In this document: positions 39,901 to 51,375 of the stretch, one piece after another
Position numbering within the stretch: the first letter of the stretch is position 1
Layout: every line of letters starts with the position of its first letter
Source: Phoronis australis
Lineage: Eukaryota > Animalia > Phoronida
Assembly (NCBI GenBank): GCA_002633005.1
Contig: NMRA01000091.1
Location: forward strand, 603,267 to 667,266
Reading direction: 5' to 3'
Length of the DNA: 64,000 nt
Position numbers and translations under genes: made by a program
Notes under the pieces: generated by a model
The model's input: the letters and a program-made list of their open reading frames with translations, nothing else
Database searches by the model: none
What the model was told of the DNA's origin: nothing

Positions 39901-42900
39901 TATTGGTTCTGGATCTTCAAGCAATTGTTCATTTTCAAGAGCAAAATGATATAAAAGCATGGGAAAACAATTCTCCAGTATCATCTAAGCACGTGTGTTA
40001 ACAATTAAAATATCAAAGAGTTAGGAGATAGGGTGTCATCTGGTGGCATTTGCAGAAATTAACTAAGAAGTTAATGTTTTGAAAATATGAGTAAGAAGTC
40101 GCTGTACAGATACAGGTTGTTAGTGGGACATGACGGCTTTTTTGCATTCTAGCAGTTTTCTCGTACAAGATGTCTTAGTGTCAAAATTGTTTTCTGTTGC
40201 TTATCCTTAAAAAGCTAAACAAGTTTGGCTTTTGCAGTGGGACATACTAAAGTTTTGCTTATAAATACAACTGAAAGAGATGAACTCACAGGAGGGTTCA
40301 CTTTCAATCAGTGAGCTTATCCATCACTGTGGTGGTTTGAAAATTAATTTATATGGTATGATGTTTCCAGATGGTAAATTCTATTCATGTTTGCAGCAAC
40401 TGGTTAATGACGATGAAGACCCCGAGGTGGAGTTCCTCAAGTCACTGTCAAGTAAACAAAAGAAGAAGTTGTTAAAGTGAGTGTGTGTGCGTAGCTTATT
40501 CTGACTGGTATGCCATGTTTTGAGATGTTAAATACCATGCTGTGTGCCTCACAAAGTTTTTTTGTAGTAATCGTAAGTCATCACAAACATTTTTAAGTCT
40601 GGTCAGCTCGCCACCTGTGGCCACATCACGTAACCGAATGACTATAAATCTGAAAAGATTTCTTCCCCAACCGGGACTCCAGTCTGGAACCTTCTGCTAA
40701 CCTTGTAGACGCTCTAGTCCACTGAAACACAGAAACCCAATTAGACTAGTAGTGGGCATCTTGCCATTGAACTCCTGAGTGTATATCGATATATAATGCC
40801 GGGTTGGGGCAAAAATCTTTTCAGACTTATATTTATTAGGACACATGATGTGGCCTACAGGTGGTGTGCTGACCAGACTTAAAAATGGTAAAGGAGAATG
40901 CCACCCAATTTAATTAGTCTTTTTTGCCGTCTTAATCGGTCTATATCCACATACGGTGACCTTACCTTGCCAAGAGGTGTCGCATTAACCTGTGAGGAAG
41001 GGGAGAAACGACGCTAGCGACATGAGTGGTTCATATGCAGAGTGAATGCCGCCATGTTGCGGTGCATCGTTCCCGCTTGTCCGAACTAAGCAGCTGCGAG
41101 GAAAGCGGGTATATCGTTTTTTTGTTACTTCCTCGAGAGTCCGACATGCTTAGGAAGTGGCTCATAGTAGTGAAGAATGAAATGTATGCTGTAAATAGCA
41201 AGTATGAGGCCGTGCCGAAACATAAACGTGTCTGTGGCCTGCAGACGTCGACAGTGCCTGACGAAGGCCGGCTTACCAAATAACACCATACGTTCCGTTG
41301 TCCGAGCTTGTTCATGGCGCCTCTCTAGTATTTCTTCATCACTGTATTCCTGTTCGAATTGGTAGCCTGTAAAATGTAAAGATCCACCTGCGAAATCGGA
41401 CTGATGAGCTCTAGCTCGTCCTAAGTCGGGATTGCGAGTGGGCCATGTTGGCGTTATTCAGTATTACTGAGCGCTCTGTTTCAAAATGAATTATTCTCAC
41501 CCTAACCAATACTTATATAAAATTGAAACAATGTCTGACTCATTAGTCGCAAATTGTAATGCCTTTGGAGCGTTCGTGAGTGCAAATGATTTGAGAAGCC
41601 AGCAATGAATAAATCACTGCGTTACCGGCTTTAGGTGCAAGTAAACCTAATTGACGCCGGGACACCTAGGCCGTGTGAGCTCATGCTAATTTAGTGTTTG
41701 CTGCCAGAAACTGTTGTGAAACAACTTGATTTCCATCCCACGGCCAGGTGTTAGGGGAATCTTTATTTACATTTACATTACTCAAATAATGATTGTCAAT
41801 GTACAACTTCTGCCCTGACCGTCCGGGTGCTGTGGCCAAAGCGGAACCTGAATTCGCGGCCCCCGACGAGTAAGTAGATTTTCAGTTTCGTGGCTAATTC
41901 ACCAACATAATCAGGTGCACATTACTTTGGCTCACTAGTATAGTATTTTCTTGAGTGGAAGTTTAGTTTCCACTGAACTTTTGCTGGTTTATGTTCGTAA
42001 TGTCTGACCAGTTTCTGAGCCACTGGCGCCGGGGCGGGGATAACGAGTCAATCCGGCCGGCCGTGACGGGCCTGATCGGGCTCCGAGCCACTGGCCAGGA
42101 TAACAAGCGTTTTGTTTTTAGAACTCAAAAAATCACAAGTCTAAACAACACAGATCTAGGTTCTCCTGTCTGTATCTGACGGAAAATACTTCGAAATTAT
42201 TTCCGAACAGACCCCAAACTCCTGCTACGGACCTTATTGGCCTGCCGAACTTTGTATGCTACGGTGTGTCCAAATACCAATAAATCGGTAAGAGCGAAAT
42301 AAAACAACACGTTTTTATAAGAACTCGGTGTATTTTTAAGGGTTTTACATCGAAGTTTGATGATTTATTGGTGTTAAACGATGACTTCAAGCGATATGCT
42401 GACACCAGTAACCCGTGTTGTGGACTGCTGAACAGACTGCGTGTGAAACCGATGACATCATTGGATAATTTCAACACCTCCGGCTGCCGTCAGGTGTCAG
42501 GTACCGCAACCGTACGTGTCGTTATGGAGTAGAAATACTCGATCTAAATTAATACAAATGAGGTTGTTTTTTGGGTGGCATGCTCCTTTAAATTTCCACG
42601 CTGGTTTAAGAATTACATATTTCTATGATTGTAACAGCTGTTGTTACTCTGTGTGCTTGTTTAGGAGGTAACTGTTGGTATCTAAGAAACAAATGAATAA
42701 TATTATTATTATGCATTACAAGGTTAACATGAGTTTTGGTGCATTTTGTTGGAATCAAGATTTCTTCCTTTCTGATAACTTTTTTCAATTAATAGGAAAT
42801 TAGAAAAGCTAGACAGAAAAGACAAGAAAAAGAAGAAAAGCAAGAAAACGAGCAAGAAAAAAGAGGAACAGAGTAGCTCAGAGAGTGGTAAGAACTGTCA

Positions 42901-45812
42901 ATGTTAGACTTGAAGCTAGCCAAGGTTTTAAAATAACTCTTTTACTGCTAATCAAATTCTATTGTACTTCCCAGCACCAATTGACTGATTGACATTTTGC
43001 ATACGAACTCTGTAATGTTCAAGTTGGAAATAGTGCATTTTTGTGTAGCCTGTAGTTTATGGAGTCACTATGGTGTTGTTCAATAGTAGTGTGAGACCTC
43101 AGAGTATTGTTGTGGTATACCTTCGACCTGTAAGCACCTTCTCAGTACTACAAAAGAATACATTTCATATTGTCGTCGTACAAAGCATTGTTCGCTTACA
43201 TTTCCAAACACCGGGTTCACTGGATCCATCTTCCATTTTCGGAGGTTAATTTGAATTTCGTGGGGTCCGTGAAACAGTCCATCAGTTATAGTATAGAGCT
43301 GCACACAATGTTAAGGTGGGAAGTCTTCTGCTTCTTGTATCAATGAGAAATACTGGAAGGTAATCGAGAAATGGAATCATTTCTTTGGTTTTATTTCTGA
43401 CATGCATCTTATCAAAGTCACATCCAAGGTGACGCACCCATCAACTCGATCTGCGTCTTGTTAACGTAATTGTGTCAATTGACACTAAAAGGCAGCCTGA
43501 GGCAAACAAGGAAAATTGACACTACTTTGTAAATGTATAAATCGCCATTTATTTCATGCCTTTATTGACAAAGGCATCTCTATGTTCAGTTACTTGATAT
43601 ATGAACATAATTGTAGAGGACCTGACAGAAGATAGTAAATGTCTATTACGTGGCAATGATATAATACTCAGCAATGCAGTCCTGCTATTTTTCAAGAAAT
43701 TCAGTTATGTAACATGTCAGTTTGACAAGTGCATTCCTGTTAACTTGATAACAGATGGACGGATCTGTTAGGGAGGTGGTAACACTTTTCCATTTTCGGA
43801 CTGGTCTGGCATTCTGTGACATCTAGCGGCCATTCTTATAGTGCTGATCAACACCGCTAGATACATAACGTTTTGGGGTGCTGTCGTGGACGTATTTCAA
43901 TTCTCCTTGTTCCTCTTGTACTAAAGGTCAGTGTTGATCAGTCCACATTTTTATCAGTTGGGGTTCATTTCATGAAAATTTACTTAATGCTTAAGTTTTG
44001 AGGTTTCTTTTCAGTGGAACCCTGCTGTTTTTGATATTAATTATATTTATTGAAAATTCTGGTTCCTGAATAGAGATGCATTTTTGTGTGGTAATTGCTG
44101 TGCCTCGTTCGTGGACTTTTTATCTATGGAACTACAGAAAAGGATGTGATTGGACCACCAATAGGTTGGCGTCTTGCTTCTGCATTATCTTTCGTTGAGC
44201 AAGCACATTTGTCCTACTCACTGTTGAACACAGTCTGTGTTGGTCATTTTTGCATGCTCATTGAAAGTGAATGCAGAGTCAAGATGTGAGCCTTTTTCAT
44301 CTCGTTCTATTTTAACAGTTCAGTGGATAGTAAATGAACCCCAAGGGAGAAATCATTACTTTAAAAAATGTCTCTCACCAGGGGTTGGTGTCATATGACT
44401 TTATGACTTAAGACAGAAATTTGTACTTTAACTCCCAGTTCACAGTTGACTTGACTTAATCTTTATTTAACAACTGTGAAGTGGAAGCATAGCACCAAAT
44501 TTCCATCTTTCATCAAACAGACCCCAGGTATTTATATTTTTACCAGAGCTAAAACTAAAATGGTTGCTTTCCTTTTCAGTTTGGACCAAAATTCGTGATA
44601 TTTTAAATGGATACTAAACCCTGTTTTGTTAATTTCAAACAATCCTTGTTCTGTATATGAATATGTCAATCTCAATACGGTGCGGAATATATGTTGCAAA
44701 CATTTAAGTCTTGTCAGCACGCCATCTGTTGGCCACATCACGTGACCTTTTTCTGTCACCTGCTAATTTCTAATGCATCACTGGCATCCCACTCGAGTGA
44801 TAAAAGCAGGATTCAACTGAAAACTCATACTTTCTGTGTGGCAGAATGGACATTATGGTTCTTGGTGTCTAGTTTTTCCCTGCAGTTGTGTTGTATTCGC
44901 CTGAAGTGAAGGCCATGGCTGCCCATTTACCAGATTTCTAAGGAGTTTTCAAATTTGCCTCCGAATTTTTTCGAGTTTTTGAGGGTTACAAAGAGCTGAG
45001 TGTGAAAATTGGTTTCAGTATGATTGTGTTAATAGACCTAAAGTGGGATGTGGTGTCCTTTTAAGATAGGACATGGTCTCCAGTGGCCATTTTAATGGGC
45101 TCTGTGCCCGGTTTTAATTTTGGTGATTGAATTCACTTCTTTATTATGCAGCCACATGTATGTGTTGGTGCATATTTCCATCATCTCTGTCTGGGCATCC
45201 AGTGACTACTACTGTATCTCCAAAACACAGTCTTAACAAATTTCATGAAACCTGTCTAAAACAAATTTGCTTTAAGCTAGCTTGATTTTGGTCTTGGCTA
45301 AACAAATTTCATAAAATAGGCCCTGGTGTAATAATTTCATTGTCAGGTAGCTGAACTAGTTTTCAAGAAAGTCAACACACCTCATTTGAGGAAAATTAGT
45401 ACAATGCATCAGATTTTCTTTTGTTGCAGAAATGGAAACAAATTCACCAGTTCGTCTGAAGAAAAGACCAGAGCGACAAAGAAGCCAGTCACCAATGGAA
45501 CGAAATCATCACCGTGATGATCATAAGCGCAGAAAAGAGACAAGAAAAGGCGATATTTCACGACACAGATCGAGAAGTGAATCACCACCAAAACACCAAC
45601 GCCGTGGTGGTAATGGGAAAGATCAGCGTTCAACCGAAAAGAGTGGCAAGTATGAAGTTAGCCCCAAAAGTTACAGAGTTGACAGGTACAAAAGCCATAA
45701 AGATAGAACTGATGAAAGGGACAATAGACACATGAGCAGTTCAGGGAGCCGTGAAGTGTCAAGGTCAAAAACCAGGCATCGTCACAGATCATCCAGTTTG
45801 GGTGACCGTTAA
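33954..45812 (+). CDS. CIR1: Corepressor interacting with RBPJ 1 (CIR1), 374 aa; exons 33954-34025, 35184-35352, 36971-37043, 38448-38599, 38853-38956, 40397-40476, 42796-42887, 45430-45812
   Basis: [31 protein letters not shown] (Cir_N), [49 protein letters not shown] zinc knuckle, [11 protein letters not shown], then K-rich and RS-rich tail. All introns GT-AG; phases sum to 1125 nt. Confidence 0.94.
34252..34405. mobile_element. Palindromic MITE, Tc1/mariner-like (TA flanks), CIR1 intron 1
   Basis: Arms TAAAAATGGAGTAAA..GGTCCCTCTTCAAAATGTCTACCG / CGGTAGACATTTTGAAGAGGGACC..TTTACTCCATTTTTA; TA on both sides. Confidence 0.75.
40588..40887. repeat. Palindromic repeat with about 88-bp inverted arms enclosing a degenerate antisense tRNA-like segment
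   Basis: CATTTTTAAGTCTGGTCAGC... / ...GCTGACCAGACTTAAAAATG. Minus strand 40665-40735 has A-box-like TGTTTCAGTGG and B-box-like GACTGGAGTCC. Arm fragments recur at about 44698-44748 and 57740-57785. Confidence 0.7.
41046..41243 (+). pseudogene. Degenerate THAP domain (5' end of Kolobok transposase)
   Basis: Across frameshifts and a stop: [19 protein letters not shown] / [38 protein letters not shown], which parallels CCVPGCSN..RRTWLVRVKNAALPVHATYKAVENYRVCGKH at 63016. Confidence 0.7.
41275..41446 (-). pseudogene. Degenerate KolX-like 5' fragment
   Basis: Minus strand CAACATGGCC start, then [17 protein letters not shown] and, after a shift, KLGQRNVWC followed by a GTAAGC donor. Parallels GYMFEPEYNEAE..RRGDTSWC at 61675. 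Confidence 0.6.
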
Positions 45813-48532
45813 GATTTTTTGATTGTCAAACGTTCAGAGTTGAAACTTTATAAGCGTCACTTGGTCATTGAAACCCACTTGTGAATGTACAGTACTAAGG
45901 CGAACGTTCATGAACTCTAAAGTGTTGCCTTCAAGGAATGGACAAATGTGCTTTTGATCCTGTTCCAAGTTTTATGAATGTGGGACAAAGTTTGGCAGTG
46001 TCCATGAGGTGCTGCATCTGATTTTCATTGCTAACATATGTATGTTTTCCTGATGAGTCCAGTGTGAATGAAGCACTGACATTGTACAAATAACCCCACC
46101 TGAATATCATATGATTGAATGAATTATAGACTTATCTGTTATACAGTTTTGATCGACTGCCTCATTCAGTAAGTATGCAAGATATTGATAGAGGGGCTCA
46201 CGATCGTTGTGCCCAATGAAACAACAGGTATTGCTATCTCAAAGAGTAAGTATGTACCTAGGCTTGGTATACACTGCTGACTCAATGGACAAGACAAAGA
46301 CATGGCTGATAAGTGTATAGATCTGAGCTGAACGAGTTGTTTTCAAAGCAAAACCATTTACAATCTACCTACAAGTGATATTAAACAATCAGCAGTGACT
46401 TTTGTGGACTCTTAACTTTCTCTATGCTGCCACTGACAGCCCAGTCAGGGCTGCCCACTACCCATTGCAGACCTGTGGCAAGAGCTCTGGTTAACATTGA
46501 GGTGGACGACCGGAAAAATCAGGTGTATGTGGTTGTCAATGCAAGAACACCGTTAATTCATCAGTACCCATCAGTGGTACCCGTGGTACATTGGTCATGT
46601 GAAGTGCCAAGTCAAAACCTCCCATTAAGAGTTCTCGTAGAAACATCACCCAGTCAGATTCGCAATCCGGTGATGCTAGCCCGTGTTTCTACAGTGAATA
46701 TGTAAAATTGGCGGAAAATCGTTCACTTCGTGCGATACCTGAGTATTACTGATACTGGTAGTTCAAGGGTATGCACTCGAAGGAACCCCTCCCCCATTTG
46801 GCGAAGTGGGCAAAAAGGTCCGCCTTTGAGAAACGAATGAGACAAAAGTCCATTAAACAAGCACAAACGCGCAATTCACAGTGGTGGCCCCGTTTTTTTT
46901 TTCTTTAGTCCGCCCGTATTTTGTTACTGAAAGGTCCACAACTTCAGGAATTCGAGCCCCCCATATTGAAGGCGGGGTGCGCGCATGCTTACGTACAGCT
47001 TGTTCAGTATGCTCGTTCTCCTTTTCGCCTTTGAAACCCACAGATATTTATATTTATAAAATATCTTATCACAGCTCAAACTGGTTTTCACGGCAACGAA
47101 GAACAAGCTGCTCGTACTTGCGTGGCGACAGGTCACAGATTTGAGCATTCAGATTTATGGAGTCGGTGGTCCAAGTAATACGGTTTCTAACCAGAACTGG
47201 ACGTCCCTTCATTTTCAAAGAACTTTCTTGTACAGTCTGAAATTTTGACTGCAAATACACGTCTTTCAAGTAAATTCAAATTGGAAAAAATCTGGTTGGT
47301 AAGCGACATATTTTAATTAAAATTTCTGGAGTCTGGAGGGCAAGAGTATTTGGAGTCTTGTCTCTGCTCAAGGACCGGGGTATTCGTGAGTTTGGGATTT
47401 GGGCCGGGGAGAAAAATCACAACATTCATTGGCATTTTGACGAATTGTGGCATCTCCTTTTTCCGGGAATCGATGCAAGGCGAGAGATTCTTCATCCAGC
47501 ACAACCGAGTGATTTCACAGCGTATTCACGTTCCTTTTTCAGGCACGTTGATACTCAATAAGAGTGTTAAAGGTTTTTGTTGAATCAGTTGCATGGTAAT
47601 TGCCGTGAGACCAAGCACTTAATTTGATCCGTGGTCTTTGCCAGAGTTTAATGTGTTTACTGAAATCGAAAGTAATTTGACATGTTCCTTGCCATTTTAG
47701 CATGGGAAATCATGATAAATATCTGTTATTCTGTGCTCCAATATGATGGTTTAAAAGGAGACTAAACGCTATACTTTGATGATTGCCACCAATTCTCGTC
47801 ACTCGGTCACCTGCTAATGCATCATTGGCGTCAATCTTGCAAGTTAAAGGCAGGAATTAACTAAGAACTCATAATCCCATCTCACAAATTCGATATGATG
47901 ATCCTTTGTAGCTTGTCTTTTCCCTTTCCCACTGAATCCGTGTAATTCGCTAAAAGCGTAGGTCACGCTTGCCTAATTAGTTGACTTTGAAAGGAGTTTT
48001 CAAATTTTTGTCCAAACTTTTGAGACTTGTAGAGGGTCACAGAGCATAATTTTGTTTCAGAGAACTGCCGAACCTGCTTTTAATATCTGTTGGTTGGCGA
48101 AAACCGGGTTTGGCATTCTTTTAAACACACGGGTGTCTCAAGTTTCCACTTGACGACCCTTCTATTCGTGCTACAAACACGAATGAAAACTCCGAGCTAA
48201 AATTAACGGTTTAGACTCGATCTTCCAGCTTCAAAGCTGGGTCCATCAAGTGTAAACTAGGATTGATAGTCATATACGTATTTAAAAATAAACCAGTGTA
48301 CAAGGTCGAGCACACAATTACCGACACGTTTGAATTTGCACAGAAGAAGAACAGAAATTTGTCAAAAAATTCGAGTGCAAATATTAGACCCCATTCCATT
48401 ATGCGCCTTGTGACGAAAGTGTGACGACATAATGACATGAGTCGCACACCACGTTCACCTTCTCTGTCGATCATCTAACAGTAGACCGTGGAGAAATTGT
48501 AATGTGTCGTTTAATCGAGTTTTGATCAAAGC

Positions 48533-49267
48533 ATGTGGTGGACGTTCCGATGTATGACATCGTTTACTTTTGCCACGGTACTAGTTATTGACATATATAG
48601 TTCATATACATCGGGTTGGGAGTTGCCAGTGTTTCGTCGTATGTGTCCTCAACAGGATCTGGTCGTTTATTTCATGGAAGGCAAATACCACTATTCTCAG
48701 GAGTCCGGTTATCAAATGATTGGAACATTTCTGCAAATGTTGGCTCAATATATTTATCAATCGTGCAACAGCACTATGGCTGCTTTTGCGTACGACTTCA
48801 GTTACGTGAATAGAAGTTCTCCTATTCGAAACCACCATCCCTACGGCTCTTGTCAATATGAGCAATGCGCCGTTAAAAATTTCTATCGCCTTACAACAGC
48901 TAAGGAGAGTGAACTTACTGAGAAAAGGGCGATTTTGGTCAACGCTGTTAAGCATGCCCGAAAGGAGGTTTTACCAAGTTTTAAATCGAGAGTAAAGACG
49001 GTAATGTTCGTATCAAATGTCATTCCTAAGCCCGCACAGCGTAGGAGAGCCAAATATCAGTTTAAACTCATGAAGAAGGAGTTTAGAGGCGTACGATTGT
49101 ATTACATTCACGTCAACGATAAGGCGGTTGACACCAACAACGTTTTGAGAGACTTTGGAGTAGATTATTTCGACATAAGACATGTATGGCTTGACATAGT
49201 GAATAGTATTAGCCACTTGATAAAGGCTTTGAACGACTACTGTTGTCAACAGAACTTCAGTAAGTAG
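48533..49267 (+). CDS. Secreted single von Willebrand factor A-like domain protein with degenerate MIDAS, 244 aa, intronless CDS
   Basis: Hydrophobic N-terminus. vWA strand/helix pattern CPQQDLVVYFMEG, YQMIGTFLQMLAQYI, STMAAFAYD, ILVNAVKHARKEVL, KTVMFVSN, GVRLYYIHVN. Cys residues bracket the domain. DxSxS and TDG are replaced. Confidence 0.65.
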   Translation: MWWTFRCMTSFTFATVLVIDIYSSYTSGWELPVFRRMCPQQDLVVYFMEGKYHYSQESGYQMIGTFLQMLAQYIYQSCNSTMAAFAYDFSYVNRSSPIRNHHPYGSCQYEQCAVKNFYRLTTAKESELTEKRAILVNAVKHARKEVLPSFKSRVKTVMFVSNVIPKPAQRRRAKYQFKLMKKEFRGVRLYYIHVNDKAVDTNNVLRDFGVDYFDIRHVWLDIVNSISHLIKALNDYCCQQNFSK

Positions 49268-49304
49268 GTTTCAGTATTTTATTTTCACCACTAAAAGTAT
49301 TATT

Positions 49305-50170
49305 GGCTATTACAACATGCAATTTGAAAGAGATAATATTGCATAGCACCAAAAACGTTAAACCTCTACACAAACCAATATAAATGTACAGTTTTGGATC
49401 GGTCGAAATAAAAAATGAAAAATGACAAAATACATGTTAAATGAATTGTTTCCGTTATTGTGTCGCTAATTTTGTGGATCATTTTCGTGCTGTGTTTTCT
49501 CCGTGAGAGTGTTCTCTCCTGTGCCATTAGAGGTGGAATTATGGAGGTCTCTGGGAACTCCATGAAACGAATGATTATGTAAAGTGTGTAACCAAAACTT
49601 AATTGAATACGAAATTCATTTTATTATCGTTTGCACCAGATACAATTGTTGAAGAACGTAGTTTCCAAGTGAATGCTCCCCTTTAGACTTGTTTATAAAT
49701 TATTCGGAGCTCTTGCAAGATTTTTAGTTAGGGCACTTTAGATTGTTGCAGAAACTGCGTATATTGGGTGTAAGCGTTTCTGTATTTCTTGGTATTCAGG
49801 TGACTTCTAAGCCTAAGAGTCTGGGAATGTGTTGCATGTGAAGCTTATTTGTTTTTGTATTGTATTCTGCGACGCATCCATGCCACTATAATTAATAAAT
49901 TTACATCTTTATTATGGCATGCAATTCGAAGGAGAAAATCTGGCATAACACCAAAAACGCTATAAAAACCTTAATACAAACCAATATAACTGTACGGCTT
50001 TGGATCGGTCTAGGTAAAAAAATGAAAAAATGATAAAATATGTCATTAAATGAAAATTACGCTCTTTCTTAGGAAACTAAATCTTTGCCGCCACTGAAGT
50101 CGCATTGTTTCCGTTATTGTGCTGCTACTGGTTCGTTTTCATGTTGTTTCTCCGTGAGTGTGTTCTATCT
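49305..50170 (+). repeat. Diverged direct duplication of the vWA gene 3' flank (about 49305-49520 and 49910-50170)
   Basis: Shared CATGCAATT..CACCAAAAACG..ACAAACCAATATAA..TTTGGATCGGTC..ATTGTTTCCGTTATTGTG..TTTCTCCGTGAG. Confidence 0.8.
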
Positions 50171-50526
50171 CGCATATCCTTCTCTCTTTGTTGAAAATCT
50201 CTGGTCCCTAACTCCACCGCTGGCTTCCAACACCAAGAAAATCAACGATATTTGTCCGCTCTAAGCGTCTTATTCATCGAGTAAACTGATATTAAAATAT
50301 TGCCGTTACATAGGGTATCCCAAATGTAACGACAGCCTAGTTTGAATGTCCACGCATTGTATTTGGGCTCAGAAACAACTCTTCATGAGCCATTTCTGAG
50401 CAACTATAAAAATATCTCAAAAACGTAATTTCCGTGAACTTTAGGACATGGCCATTCATAAGTGCTTTGTCCATTCATTTCTCTCCCTGGAAAGTGTAAG
50501 GAATGTCGTTTGATTTGATAATGGAA

Positions 50527-51375
50527 ATAAATATAGATTATTACATGGCGAAGTCGTTATATCCGTAACTCCAGAGCCCGAGACGATTTTGGAGAATTAT
50601 CTCCAAAATCCACGAGGGCTCTAGATAAGGGGGATAAAGACTGAGAACATGTAATGATCTATTTATACTACTTACTGAACGATGAACATTGCAATGAACC
50701 GATCTACCTTTCTCGACTCGCCTCGGCTTTTGTGACTACTTTCTATGTCAGAGGCCTGGGGTCGGAGGTCGTGACCTTTTAAAAAATGGCGAGATTTTCT
50801 TGTTAAAATGATGTTTTTACTTAAAACCAAATAAAATTGAAACAAAATAGAAATAAAGTGAATCTGTAAAATAATTTTTAAGCAACTAGTCTAGCTTACT
50901 TCGCATCGCTTTATGCTAAGCTTCCACCGTGAAAGTATCGTCTGCAAAAGTAGGTTACCAATGGTTACTGAGTATAATGTCCAATTTAAAAGATCCCGAC
51001 GACACGTTACTCGCATTCAAACTGGAGATCGAAGATTTACAAGTGAGAGAATATGTCATATGAATTTTACTGAATTAAAGATGTCGTTTATTGAAATTAT
51101 GCGTCTTATTTTTCATAGCGTATAAATGTCGGTAAAATGCCGTTTGCTGAACATGCGATTGTTGCACGTGCTCATTTAAGTATTCCATTTTCACATTCGA
51201 TGACGTCAGCTGCTGCGTGGTGCAGTGGTAAAGTCGACGACTCGAAACTCTTGCGGAGAAGGCTCGAAACCGGCCTCGGTTTCCCGCCAAAATGTTATTT
51301 AACGCCGTTAAATAACCAAATGGGTTATTTAACGGTTCTATTGGCCATTCGAGGCTGATATTATGGTATAATTGA
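50527..51375. mobile_element. Non-autonomous element with a 140-bp nested terminal hairpin and an internal tRNA-like segment (possibly Crypton-type)
   Basis: Nested stems ATAGATTATTACATG/CATGTAATGATCTAT, AGAGCCC/GGGCTCT and GATTTTGGAGA/TCTCCAAAATC. A/B-box-like TGGTGCAGTGGT..GGCTCGAAACC at about 51218-51271. Right boundary and class are uncertain. Confidence 0.45.

Larger units (their letters stand above)
40892..42587. mobile_element. Old, internally deleted Kolobok-type DNA transposon in CIR1 intron 6
   Basis: TIR AGGAGAATGCCACCCAA / TTGGGTGGCATGCTCCT (16 of 17 match), flanks GTAA and TTAA. Contains convergent THAP and KolX-like relics. Confidence 0.75.

Noticed and set aside
46049-46085. 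Hammerhead-ribozyme-like CTGATGAGTCC...GAATGAAGC in the CIR1 3' region
   Set aside because: Stem II does not pair well and the GAAA core is broken; at best a decayed relic.
51205-51285. tRNA gene
   Set aside because: A/B-box-like motifs only; acceptor and anticodon stems do not form properly, so it is treated as a tRNA-derived repeat.
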